From a candidate division FCPU426 bacterium (GTDB lineage Bacteria; Oederibacteriota; Muellerivitia; Muellerivitales; Muellerivitaceae): 64,000 nt of DNA. The DNA lies in assembly GCA_963738405.1 (NCBI GenBank), contig CAVTWJ010000002.1:136575-200574 (forward strand), written 5' to 3'. Shown piece by piece: positions 42,983-52,065 of the stretch (position 1 is its first letter; the number at the start of each line of letters is the position of its first letter). A model generated the notes under the pieces. It had not been told where the DNA came from. It worked only from the letters and a program-made list of their open reading frames with translations, and did no database searches. The translations under genes were made by a program, and so were the position numbers.

Positions 42983-43150
42983 TTATGCCGCCCGGTGAAA
43001 GGGCCTCCCCTTGCGGCTTTCCTGAATAGTGGCCACCCGGCGCACCATGTTGTCGCGGGTGTGAACCAGCCTTTGAATCTCCTCCAAACCCCGTTCGGGA
43101 TTCGGCCTTTCCACTTCGATCAGGTTTTGAATCGCGCTTCCGGTTTTCAT
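42983..43150 (-). CDS. 55-aa small ORF at the head of the efflux operon
   Basis: GGAGGA RBS then MKTGSAIQNLIEVERPNPERGLEEIQRLVHTRDNMVRRVATIQESRKGRPFHRAA; below the ORF-track cutoff. Confidence 0.5.
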   Translation of the reverse strand: MKTGSAIQNLIEVERPNPERGLEEIQRLVHTRDNMVRRVATIQESRKGRPFHRAA

Positions 43151-43208
43151 GGCGTCCTCCTAAAGACTCGTTAAGGGTTATTTTCCCGGTGCGCCGGGCC
43201 TTTTAAAC

Positions 43209-43228
43209 TATCTACCTATTGGTAGATA
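43209..43228. promoter_or_regulatory. Putative TetR operator TATCTACC-N4-GGTAGATA
   Basis: Perfect inverted repeat; near-identical copies at 44019-44038 and 44040-44059. Confidence 0.75.
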
Positions 43229-43265
43229 TTGAGGTCAAAAAAAATGATGAATCGGTTTTGGATTC

Positions 43266-43380
43266 GTCATTGCGAAGCCCAGCCCCAATCGGGGCGTTTT
43301 GGGCTGTGGCAATCTCAGTTTAAAAACCTGGGATTCCCACGTCGCCACCCAAGCCTATCGGCTTGGCTCCTCGGAATGAC
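43266..43380. repeat. REP/MITE-like palindromic element (GTCATTGCG...GGCAATCTC...GGATT...CGGAATGAC type)
   Basis: Terminal inverted repeat GTCATT/AATGAC with internal hairpins; 24-bp internal segment repeated at 60618-60641. Confidence 0.65.
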
Positions 43381-43406
43381 AGCTACCCCCCCATTAATTA
43401 TTCTTC

Positions 43407-43998
43407 TTACTTCTTCAAGGCCTCCAAAATTTGGCCCGTTACCTTTTTAAAGTAATCGGGGTTGCTCTGCGCCCGGCTGATCTGCAACGCCCCCTGGATG
43501 GAGGAATAAATAAACTGCGCCTGGTCTCCCGCCTCTCCTTGAAGGGTAAATACCCCTTCCTGCCTTCCCCTTTCCAACAGGGCCTTCAGCCAGTCCTGGT
43601 GGCGCTTCATCACCCGCCCCGCCGCGTCCTGAATTTTCTTAGGGAGAGACGCCCATTCGGATGCCAGCGCCCCGATGGGGCAAATGCGGGTACAGTTTTC
43701 GGAAATGCGGGTGAAGTAGCCGAAGTAGGCCAGCATTTGATCTACCGGCGGCAGGTTTTGTTCTTTCATCATTTCCTGCCAGGTGTCGATGCGCTTCAGG
43801 CTGTCGTTAAGCAGGCCCACCCCCAGGTCTTCCTTGGTGGGAAAGTGGTAGTGAATGCTGGCCTTGCGGATCTTGAGGCGTTCCGCCAGGTCCTGGTAGC
43901 TGAAGGCGTTGTAGCCCCGGGTTTGGATCAGTTCCAGCGCCACCTGTTTTAGATCGGCGCTGGTATCTTTGGTGTTGGCTAAGGTTGGGCGGCCCATC
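43407..43998 (-). CDS. TetR/AcrR family transcriptional regulator
   Basis: GYNAFSYQDLAERLKIRKASIHYHFPTKEDL HTH. Confidence 0.92.
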
Positions 43999-44018
43999 AA
44001 GCACCTCGAAAAGCTTTA

Positions 44019-44059
44019 TATCTACCTACGAGTAGATATTACCTACCTAATGGTAGATA
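44019..44059. promoter_or_regulatory. Tandem putative TetR operators (autoregulation)
   Basis: TATCTACC-TACG-AGTAGATA and TACCTACC-TAAT-GGTAGATA, 21 bp apart, just upstream of tetR. Confidence 0.7.
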
Positions 44060-44182
44060 GTCAAGTGCCTTTTATTATTTTTTCTATAGGTGCCCTTGAA
44101 CTCGAAATGTCATCTCGAGGCCTTATTAAAGGGTTTTTCCTACTTGAGCCAGACCCCTTTTCGCTTTCGATCGGATGAAGGA

Positions 44183-44995
44183 TCAATAACCCGTCTGCGT
44201 GAAAAGGCCGTTAGCCCCCGTGGAATTGGTGCCGCTGCCCGTGGCCCCGCTCAGGTTGGTCGTACCGGTGAAGTAATAGCCCGAATGGACCGACAGGGTA
44301 ATCAGGCCTCCCCCTCCGCCCCCAGTGTTGGGGGTGAGGGAGCCTCCGCCGGCCGCATCCAAGGTTCCGGTGCCGAATAGGGTATTGGCTTTAATGTAAA
44401 GGGCGCCGCCCGCCCCGCCGCCCGAGGACGCGCCTTCGCCCTCCAACTGGATCAAGCCGTTCAAAGTCGCGCTCACCGCGGTGATCATCAGCAAGGCGCC
44501 GCCGGCCCCGGAAGTGGACGAACTGCCCCCCCCACTGCCCATCAGTGTGGGCCCCGCCGAATCGTCGTTGGCAGGGCCTGCCGCCGCCAATCCGCCCACG
44601 CCGCCCGCGCCCCCATGCCCGCCGCCACCGACGTTGGCGAAAGAAACACCGCCCGCCCCGGGCCCCAGGCCGGGCCCGTAACCCGCGCCGGTGCCAATCA
44701 CGGAGGCCCCGGCGTCCATCACAAAATCCCCGGTCAGGTTCATGGTAATCGCCGCGCCCGTGACCGCCCCGCTGGGCCCCATCAAGTAAAGCAACCCTGT
44801 ATTGTAGATGTGGACGTTGCCGTAATTGTACGAACCCGCGGTAAGGGTGGTGGCGGCGGTGATATTCAAATCGGAGTAAGAGGGGGAACTGGAAGAGGAG
44901 GAGGAAGTGGGTGAACTACTATTACCGCAGGCCAGGTGGCCCAGAAGCATACCGCAAAGAAGTAACAGCCCTAATATCTTATAAAGTTTCATCAT
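44183..44995 (-). CDS. Glycine-rich lipoprotein
   Basis: Lipobox HLAC, Ser linker, GGGGHGGxGG...GSGGG...GGAL motifs. Confidence 0.75.
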   Translation of the reverse strand: MMKLYKILGLLLLCGMLLGHLACGNSSSPTSSSSSSSPSYSDLNITAATTLTAGSYNYGNVHIYNTGLLYLMGPSGAVTGAAITMNLTGDFVMDAGASVIGTGAGYGPGLGPGAGGVSFANVGGGGHGGAGGVGGLAAAGPANDDSAGPTLMGSGGGSSSTSGAGGALLMITAVSATLNGLIQLEGEGASSGGGAGGALYIKANTLFGTGTLDAAGGGSLTPNTGGGGGGLITLSVHSGYYFTGTTNLSGATGSGTNSTGANGLFTQTGY

Positions 44996-45155
44996 CGCTC
45001 CCCTTTTGATGATTTGATCGTTTGAAATTCTATGGGAGTTTCGGGCTAAAAAGCCATACGGAAAAAGCCGGGCTCAAACCTTTTTTTGATTGAAAAATGG
45101 GTAAGTCTTTAACCGAGAAGCAGAAAACTCTAATGGTCGATTCGATGTTCAGCCA

Positions 45156-45204
45156 GAAGGATGACTAGAAAACCCATTTCGTAAAAGTTACCTTAGGCCC
45201 ATAA
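45156..45204 (+). repeat. Partial copy 1 of the ~137-bp GH94-tail-like direct repeat
   Basis: GAAGGATGACTAGAAAACCCATTTCGTAAAAGTTACCTTAGGCCCATAA aligns without gaps to 45949-45997. Confidence 0.75.
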
Positions 45205-45247
45205 AGGTTCTTTTATAGAAAGTTAGATTTTGTTCCTGCCAACTTGG

Positions 45248-45545
45248 CTATTTTCGCCCTTTCCAATAACCAGGCTTTCTCGAAAGGTGCATGACGGCCA
45301 AAATATAAATTCTTTCAGGATCGTTCTTAATAAACAACCGCGAATGGGAAGTAACGCAACAGGCAGCGTCGTATCTGCTTGTAAACCAGGGGAGATCCGG
45401 AATCCGGGTGATCAACGATTTGACGGAAATTTTTTTCAATCTCGAAAAGAAAACGAAAACCAAGACCCTTACTTTTAGATTCGTAGTATTTCGCTGAGAA
45501 TTCAAGTTCCAACTCAGCTTCAGGATGGAATGTTAGGTGTTTCAC
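45248..45545 (-). pseudogene. RelE/ParE family toxin, frameshifted
   Basis: FHPEAELEL...GLGFRF...RRCLLRYFPFAVVY stops at 45327; continuation KNDPERIYILAVMHLSRKPGYW is in another frame (one extra T in TAT-T-AAG). Confidence 0.8.
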
Positions 45546-45772
45546 TTCAACTTAGCGCGGATGTCCCGCAAAACCCTCCCTGCGGGTTTGCCCTGAATTT
45601 TACCCGAGGCCATGGCTTCGTAGCGCTTGATGGATTCTTGGGCCCATCGTTTCTCATTTTTGGAATGGCCGTCTTCCTCAAGGCTATAAATAAGTTGTTC
45701 TGCCAATTGGGCGCGGGACTTGGCGGGTAGTTTTAGGGCTTCAGAAGCTATATCCATCTTAATTTTCGCCAT
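45542..45772 (-). CDS. Addiction module antitoxin (TIGR02574-like)
   Basis: EALKLPAKSRAQLAEQLIYSL...W..E..KRY; stop overlaps the toxin start (GTGA). Confidence 0.85.
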   Translation of the reverse strand: MAKIKMDIASEALKLPAKSRAQLAEQLIYSLEEDGHSKNEKRWAQESIKRYEAMASGKIQGKPAGRVLRDIRAKLK

Positions 45773-45860
45773 GTTTTCCTCCAGAATTGAATGCCCAATT
45801 ATAAGGGGATTTTGGGCGGAAAAAGGGCCAGGCAGGCACCATTTATCACAGCAATTAATG

Positions 45861-45997
45861 TCGAAAACCCGAATTACGTTTCCAAAGGCGTTCAACGGAT
45901 TTATTTAGATGGCGTGGTTGTTCAAACAAAAGACGCGATGATCGAATTGAAGGATGACCCGAAAACCCATTTCGTGAACGTCATTTTGGGCCAGTAA
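45861..45997 (+). repeat. Copy 2 of the 137-bp direct repeat encoding a GH94-like C-terminus
   Basis: Encodes ENPNYVSKGVQRIYLDGVVVQTKDAMIELKDDPKTHFVNVILGQ*. Confidence 0.85.
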
Positions 45998-46139
45998 AGC
46001 CCTTGGCTTACAAAGTGTTTAATGGTCCCTGCTCCACGCTGCGAAGCGTGGAGCCTGATCCGAACAGAAACCCCCGCCTTTTAATCACAAATACGAAATT
46101 CCGTTATGGGCGCACCAGTGATAAATTGGTCCCGCCAAT

Positions 46140-48161
46140 ATGAAAAACATGATTTCTTCAAACCTATTCTATTTAACACGCCGTGCTCTTTGGGTCCTTT
46201 TGACCTGTTTCTGGCCCCTTGCTTCCTGGGCACTTAGTCCCATGTACAGTTATAACGATTTGGTCGCCGGTGAAGGCTCTCCGGGCCACCGGGATGGGGC
46301 CTTTTACGATGCTCAATTCAACGGACCCTTGGGATTGGCCATCAATCCAGATGCCTCACAACTTTATGTGGCGGACCAGGGCAACAATTGCATCAGGGTC
46401 ATCGATATCGGAAACGCAAACCATGTGTCCACCCTCGCGGGGGATGAAAAGCCGGGGTTCAAAGATGGGCCCTTTTCGGCGGCGCGTTTTAGGCAACCTT
46501 CGACCCTGGTCTACCTGCCTTCCGGGAAAATCGTAATCAACGACTCAGGGAACCATTGTTTTCGCCTGGTGGATTTAACCACAAAGAAAGTGTCCACCCT
46601 GGCCGCTTACGGGAAACGGGAAAATCAACCGGCAGGATTACTCGCGGACCCAATGGATTCGGTTTGGAGCATGGTTTATCTACCGGCCCGAAATGCCGTC
46701 TATTTTTCCCAACCCATGAAAGGAACATTGAGCCGTCTTGATACAGGATCGGGTCAAATTTCCACGGTGCTTGAAAATGATCCATACATTCCCCGCCCTT
46801 CCGCCTTAGCGGCTCATCAGGACAAGCTTTATGTCGCGGGCGAATTCCAAAACATGGTTTACGAACTAAAGGCGAAAAAATCCTTTCCAAAAGAAGACCG
46901 TGAGTCCTTCAATTGGCAGCCCTGCGGCATCGTTCACGGAGCCCAAGGGATGGCCTACTCGGGTAAAAACCTGTACGCCCTACAATTCTCCCCGCAAAAT
47001 CCATTGATCCGTGTTTTTCCTGCCACTCAATCGGTGACCTTTGTGACCGTTTGGGGGGATCAAGTTTCACATCCTATCGCCTCACCTTATTTTCCCGACA
47101 GCATGGCTTTGACGCCTATTCAGCTTGTGGCGGATCCCCTCGCAGAGAAAAAATTGTATGTCCCCCAGCCTTCGCTCAATTTCGTGAGTTCAATCCGGGA
47201 ACTCTGGGTATCCGCCACCAAAGATTCAACCCAATATGCGCCCAACGGCTTGGTGGATTATGACTATCCCGAAACCAAACCGCCAAAAACATACCGCATC
47301 CTCATGGTTGGGGATTCCCATACTTTCTTTATTCTGAAAGATCCAAGTGAAAAGGAAGAACACCCCTATAACCGCATGTTGACCTTGCCCAAAAGGCTGG
47401 AGTTGGTCTTGAATACCATGGCGGCTTTGAATGACGCATCCACGCATTACGAAGTTCTACTTGCCGGGCGGCTATCCTGGGATCCCTTGAATCTTTGGCC
47501 CTATTATTCGGTGCCTTCCTTAGTACAAAAATTCAATATTGACCTGGTTCTTTACCTTCCCGCGGCCGATTACACCCAATTCGCTTGGGGTGCTTATTTC
47601 GAAAGACCTCTTACAGGTTTAGGAATTCCCGCAGGAAATTTGGACCCGGAATATAGCTTAAAACCATGGAAGGAACGAATTCCCACGGGAACCCCCAAAA
47701 AGTTATTCAATCTTTGCAAAGCCCAAAAGTTGATAACCTTCGCCACGAATGGCCATTTTCAATTCGTGGATGAGCACGAAATGATGAAGGATTCCGCCAT
47801 CCGCAACTGCATGGTGGAACTTTACTGTAAGCCGATTAAATTATTAAAATTACGGTTGGAAACTTTGAAAAATTCCCAGGGCCGACCCGTAAGGTTTGAA
47901 ATGGGGCTGCTTCCCAGCCTCACCTTAACCCCTTCCGAATCAGAAAATCTTTTTTGGAAAGAAGTCCAGGCAAAAACCGGCATACCTACGATCGACTTCA
48001 CCCACCATGTGAAGGCATTGGCTGAAAGTTTTAGCACCTTCGCGGAATCCGATGGGAATGGGCATTACACCCCGGATCAGCACCTCTTTTTAAGTCTCGT
48101 CCTTGCTAGCGAATTGATCCATCAAAAGATCATTCCCTTTACTCCATCGGCAGGAAAGTAA
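46140..48161 (+). CDS. Secreted NHL-repeat protein with C-terminal SGNH-like domain
   Basis: AGEGSPGHRDG...AQFNGPLGLA...LYVADQGNNCIR; RILMVGDSHTF...GNGHYT. Confidence 0.75.
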   Translation: MKNMISSNLFYLTRRALWVLLTCFWPLASWALSPMYSYNDLVAGEGSPGHRDGAFYDAQFNGPLGLAINPDASQLYVADQGNNCIRVIDIGNANHVSTLAGDEKPGFKDGPFSAARFRQPSTLVYLPSGKIVINDSGNHCFRLVDLTTKKVSTLAAYGKRENQPAGLLADPMDSVWSMVYLPARNAVYFSQPMKGTLSRLDTGSGQISTVLENDPYIPRPSALAAHQDKLYVAGEFQNMVYELKAKKSFPKEDRESFNWQPCGIVHGAQGMAYSGKNLYALQFSPQNPLIRVFPATQSVTFVTVWGDQVSHPIASPYFPDSMALTPIQLVADPLAEKKLYVPQPSLNFVSSIRELWVSATKDSTQYAPNGLVDYDYPETKPPKTYRILMVGDSHTFFILKDPSEKEEHPYNRMLTLPKRLELVLNTMAALNDASTHYEVLLAGRLSWDPLNLWPYYSVPSLVQKFNIDLVLYLPAADYTQFAWGAYFERPLTGLGIPAGNLDPEYSLKPWKERIPTGTPKKLFNLCKAQKLITFATNGHFQFVDEHEMMKDSAIRNCMVELYCKPIKLLKLRLETLKNSQGRPVRFEMGLLPSLTLTPSESENLFWKEVQAKTGIPTIDFTHHVKALAESFSTFAESDGNGHYTPDQHLFLSLVLASELIHQKIIPFTPSAGK

Positions 48162-48191
48162 TAGCGGAAGTCTCATTTCTGAGTTTTCTAT

Positions 48192-48328
48192 TCAAAAACC
48201 CGAATCACGTTTCCAAAGGCGTTCAACGGATTAAATGTGATGGGGCGGTTGTTCAGACGAGGGATGCGACGATTGAATGGAAGGATGACTCAAAAACCCA
48301 TTTCGTGAAAGTTATTTTAGGTGATTAA
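48192..48328 (+). repeat. Copy 3 of the 137-bp direct repeat
   Basis: 24 mismatches and no indels versus copy 2 (manual count, ~82% identity); frame still open to TAA. Confidence 0.85.
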
Positions 48329-48381
48329 ACTTTGAATTTTTATCATTAAGACCTAACCTTCCACACCCTAACTTTTAAATA

Positions 48382-49197
48382 CTAACTTTGACCGCCATTT
48401 CGGCTAATAGCGTATTCGCGCAAAATCCGCTCGTACTTTTCAATGGAATGGTCGGCGATCAGGCTCAACCAGCTGAACGGATTGAGGTAGGCTCTCCATC
48501 GATGGTAGACGGCTTCGCTTCCCTCGCAAAGCTTGTTGTCATCGGACAGATACCGAACATCCCCATAGGCGCGGTATCCCATGAACAAAAAGGGTACTCC
48601 TGGAACGATGTCCACGTGGTGGAAACAGCGGTAGACGGGCACCTTGAAAATTCGATCGACGAACGAATCATTTCCAACGCGGGGACAGCCATAGTTGTAG
48701 CAGGCGGCCAGTTTTTGCCGGTCGCTCAGGAAGATGGAAGCCAAAAGGGACAAGGCCCCGCCCAAACTATGCCCCGTCACATAAACCGGGACTTTTATTT
48801 TTCGCAAAGCCGGCGCGATCTGCTCGGCTAATTCCTTGTATGCGTCCAAAAAGCCTTGGTGAACCTCGCCGTACCGGGTCTGGACGAGCCAGAAATTCAA
48901 ATCGGTCTCGACCGTCCCCCATTCTTTGGGCACCGTCCCCTTGAAAGCCAAAACCGCGAAGGTTTTATGGACGGCCAGATAGGCGGAATTATTGCTCTTC
49001 TTGCAGATGAATTGATTTTTGAGGGTCAACCCAAAGGCGGCAAGCTCGGTTTTCAATTGGGGCACTTGTTGATCAAGATAAGCCAGCCTGGAACAGCCGG
49101 CCAAGATCCAAGCCGTTCGGTCCGAATAGCCGTTCCGGTCCACCGGAGGTTGTATCAGATTTTCATTGGTTTTTTTCGGAACCTTCAAGCTTTCCAT
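48382..49197 (-). CDS. Lipase class 3 family protein
   Basis: LAFKGT, VHQGF, VTGHSLGGAL, YGCPRVGN, DIVP, DHS. Confidence 0.9.
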   Translation of the reverse strand: MESLKVPKKTNENLIQPPVDRNGYSDRTAWILAGCSRLAYLDQQVPQLKTELAAFGLTLKNQFICKKSNNSAYLAVHKTFAVLAFKGTVPKEWGTVETDLNFWLVQTRYGEVHQGFLDAYKELAEQIAPALRKIKVPVYVTGHSLGGALSLLASIFLSDRQKLAACYNYGCPRVGNDSFVDRIFKVPVYRCFHHVDIVPGVPFLFMGYRAYGDVRYLSDDNKLCEGSEAVYHRWRAYLNPFSWLSLIADHSIEKYERILREYAISRNGGQS

Positions 49198-49222
49198 TTC
49201 ACGTACCCCTTTTCCAAGTTTC

Positions 49223-49741
49223 CTAACTGATCGGCCCGCCTCTTAACAGAGGGGCCTTCGTGACAGCGGCGGGCGAGGCGGCTTTCGGACGGCTATCCAT
49301 TGAAACATCGGCCCCGCCCGCAGCCGCGCCATCCCCGGCGGCAGAGGCCACCGCCGCCGCTTTCATCTGGGCGGCCGTTTGTTTGGATGCGATATCCACA
49401 CTGATGATGTCTTTCGTAATCCCCAAATAACCCTGGACCAGCTTGATGGCCCCCTTGCTGCCGCCCGCGACCAGGAGCCCCGTAAGGAACGTGCTGAAAA
49501 GGTTTGATTTCTGGGCCAGAATCGCCGAAAAGGCGTCGAAATCAGCCCAATAGCAGATCACCAATGCAAAAGCCAAGGCGACCACTTCTTTCACGGCCGG
49601 ATGGACCTTGTCGAACCGTTCGTACAGGTCCGATTCAAAGATAAAAGCCAGCGACCGTTCCACCATGAAAGCCAGCAAGACCACCAGGCCGATGACTTCC
49701 CCCACCTTCGTGTAATCAACCGGAATGAGATTCGGATTCAT
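49223..49741 (-). CDS. Small multi-TM membrane protein
   Basis: Three hydrophobic helices, LTGLLVAGGSK motif, Ala-rich tail. Confidence 0.7.
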   Translation of the reverse strand: MNPNLIPVDYTKVGEVIGLVVLLAFMVERSLAFIFESDLYERFDKVHPAVKEVVALAFALVICYWADFDAFSAILAQKSNLFSTFLTGLLVAGGSKGAIKLVQGYLGITKDIISVDIASKQTAAQMKAAAVASAAGDGAAAGGADVSMDSRPKAASPAAVTKAPLLRGGPIS

Positions 49742-49755
49742 ACGTTTCAGCCCCC

Positions 49756-51357
49756 TTAATCGGCGATTCCCAATTTTTTCATCAAGTCGTTCGAGAAGAA
49801 ATCCATTAAACGCGGGTCCCCCCCGAATAATTTCTTTCGTTGGGCCTTCCAGACGGCCACATTGTCCCGGGCGCCGTCCTTATAAAGTTCCACCAGTTTC
49901 GCGCCGTCCAGTTTGAAATTAAACGCGTCCACCGGATAGCCGTATTTGGTCTCCTCCGGCCCCACGGGCAGGTATTTGCCCCAATGGAAGGTGAACTGAA
50001 TCTTGTTCGTCTCAAATTCCACCAGGGCGTCGTTGATGTATTTCAGCACCCGGTCGCACCCCAGGCCGGCGATCTCAAAAACGCAGGTGCGGTCGAACCG
50101 TTGAAAGGCCAGAACCCCCTTCACCTTCGGCACGTAGCGCATCTCGTACCAAACAGGAATATTGGCGTTATTCAGCGTTTGGCAAATCCGCATGGCCTGG
50201 AAGCAATTTTTCATGTCCATTCCGATAGAGCAGACGATCGACCCCGGGCCCACGTTGGTGATATAGGGGTTCTGGTCCACCAGGGTTCCGGTTTGGTTAT
50301 TGATGGGGGGGTAATGGTTCGCGAAGAAGGTATTCACGATGGGGCCCACCAGCATCGGCGCCACACCCGTCAGCTGGGCCATGGTCGTGACCAGTTCCTC
50401 GCCCGAAGGGTCCAGGGCGTTTTGAATCGGGTTATTGTTCAGTTTGGTCTTGTGCATGACGGTGACGACCGCCGTCTTGGTTTTGTCATCCGCGTAGATG
50501 TTGTTCATGACCTCGAAATGGTAAAGGGTCTCCGGGGTGGCGCCCTTAAGGTCAATGCCCGTGAAGTCGAATTCGGTCATGGCTTTTTCGAGGGAATTCA
50601 AATCCGCGTAGTAACGGGAAGCGTCCAGGTAAAAGGAGTCGGTGGCTTCCACCAGGGTTCCGTGGATAACGCCGAAGCCCCCCAAATGGTTGAGGGCTGA
50701 ATAAAAAAGGTCGTCGTCCAATAAAAAATCCTCTTTTTTGATTCCCAGCTTGTTGACGAATAGGTCGGTCACGATGGGATTGCTTTGGAGGCCCAGCCAA
50801 ACGTGCCGGTCGGGGCCCACGATCACATGAAGGCCCCTCACCGCGTCCTGCAGGGCGCCCATCCCCACTCCCCCGCCGTTGAAAGCGGAACCGTGGGTCC
50901 CGGTGGTAAAGGCCCCGACGAAGGATTGGCCGCAGCTGGAACCGGAGACCGGAAGGGTTTTATTAAGCTGGGCCAGGGCCATCTGGGCGTCGTGGATGGA
51001 CATGCCGCATTGGAAAAAGAAAAAGTTTTCGCTCTTGTTGCCGGGAAGGACATAGGGGGGATCCAGGTAGAACCAGGTTTTTAGGTACTGGGAGGCCAGC
51101 ATGTAGCCCTCCGTGGCGGCGACCTTGGAGAAAGACCATCCCGCCCCCAAAACCCGGCCCCGGGCGCCCTGGGCGATCAAGTCTTTGATGAGGCCCTGAA
51201 TCTCGGAAGTCTGGGTCAGGTAATCCGACAAGGTCTTGCTGGTGTCGAAGGGATTCGGGTTGTGGAGTTCGTACATGCCCTTGATGGCCTGCGTAAAAAC
51301 CCAATGGGCATTGGTCCAGGACGTTATTTGCTTTTTAAAATAATCGGTAATGGGCAC
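49756..51357 (-). CDS. FAD-binding oxidoreductase (aldonolactone oxidase/VAO-type fold)
   Basis: RVLGAGWSFS, GQSFVGAFTTGTHGS, LGGFGVI, FHWGK. Confidence 0.85.
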   Translation of the reverse strand: MPITDYFKKQITSWTNAHWVFTQAIKGMYELHNPNPFDTSKTLSDYLTQTSEIQGLIKDLIAQGARGRVLGAGWSFSKVAATEGYMLASQYLKTWFYLDPPYVLPGNKSENFFFFQCGMSIHDAQMALAQLNKTLPVSGSSCGQSFVGAFTTGTHGSAFNGGGVGMGALQDAVRGLHVIVGPDRHVWLGLQSNPIVTDLFVNKLGIKKEDFLLDDDLFYSALNHLGGFGVIHGTLVEATDSFYLDASRYYADLNSLEKAMTEFDFTGIDLKGATPETLYHFEVMNNIYADDKTKTAVVTVMHKTKLNNNPIQNALDPSGEELVTTMAQLTGVAPMLVGPIVNTFFANHYPPINNQTGTLVDQNPYITNVGPGSIVCSIGMDMKNCFQAMRICQTLNNANIPVWYEMRYVPKVKGVLAFQRFDRTCVFEIAGLGCDRVLKYINDALVEFETNKIQFTFHWGKYLPVGPEETKYGYPVDAFNFKLDGAKLVELYKDGARDNVAVWKAQRKKLFGGDPRLMDFFSNDLMKKLGIAD

Positions 51358-51403
51358 ATCGCACCTCTTAAAGCTTTTTGATGGTTTTCAGACCCTTTGC
51401 GCT

Positions 51404-51787
51404 TTATTGCCCGCTTTTTCCCGCCGGGCTTCCCAACCCGCCCCCCCGAATGGGGGCCGCGTGGCAGGTCCATTCCACGCTCATGGGGGTGGCAATCCCC
51501 AAGGTGACGATGGAACAGAGGGTTTGCCAAAAATCACGCGTGATCGTCACATCCTGCATTCCGCCCTCGGTGCAATCGGTAACCTGCAGTCCCCCGTCAT
51601 TCAGGTTTCCCCACAAAAAACTCCAGGTGGTGGTCTTGCCGTCCCAGGTGGTCACAGGTGTGCTTTGCTTCAGGGAAGGGTCGTTGTTGACGGGAACTTG
51701 AACGTGGAATTCGGCGCAGGAGGTAAACAAAAGGATGAACATCAGGAGGATTGGAAGTCGCAAAAACAGATTGGGATATTTTTTCAT
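51404..51787 (-). CDS. Bor/Iss family lipoprotein
   Basis: Lipobox FTSC, SFLWG, C...IVTLGIATPMSVEWTC. Confidence 0.75.
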   Translation of the reverse strand: MKKYPNLFLRLPILLMFILLFTSCAEFHVQVPVNNDPSLKQSTPVTTWDGKTTTWSFLWGNLNDGGLQVTDCTEGGMQDVTITRDFWQTLCSIVTLGIATPMSVEWTCHAAPIRGGGLGSPAGKSGQ

Positions 51788-51911
51788 GGGCTCCCCTTCA
51801 AATGTTTAAATCGCAAAAGCAAAATGACAAATTACCCGACAGGTTTCAAATCAATTCAATGTTAAGTTTGTGAATTTTCTAAAACTGCACAAAGAATGGC
51901 CGGGATTCAAT

Positions 51912-52048
51912 TCGAAAACCCGAATCACGTTTCCAAAGGTGTTCAACAGATTGAATGTGATGGGGTAGTTGTTTAGAAGAAGGAAGCGATGATTGAATTG
52001 AAGGATGATCTGAAGACCCATTTAGTGAAGGTTAACCTAGTGCCACAA
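51912..52048 (+). repeat. Copy 4 of the 137-bp direct repeat
   Basis: TCGAAAACCCGAATCACGTTTCCAAAGG...GAAGGATGA...ACCCATTT; one internal stop codon. Confidence 0.85.
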
Positions 52049-52065
52049 ACTTATTTTTCCAAAAA

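Noticed and set aside
45791..45997. 68-aa ORF as an independent gene
   Set aside because: Its 3' two-thirds is the repeated GH94-like tail, and its N-terminus overlaps the TA promoter region; it is treated as a gene remnant.
45156..52048. Classical integron cassette array
   Set aside because: The repeats are non-palindromic and protein-coding-like, I see no attC R/L box structure, and there is no intI in the window.
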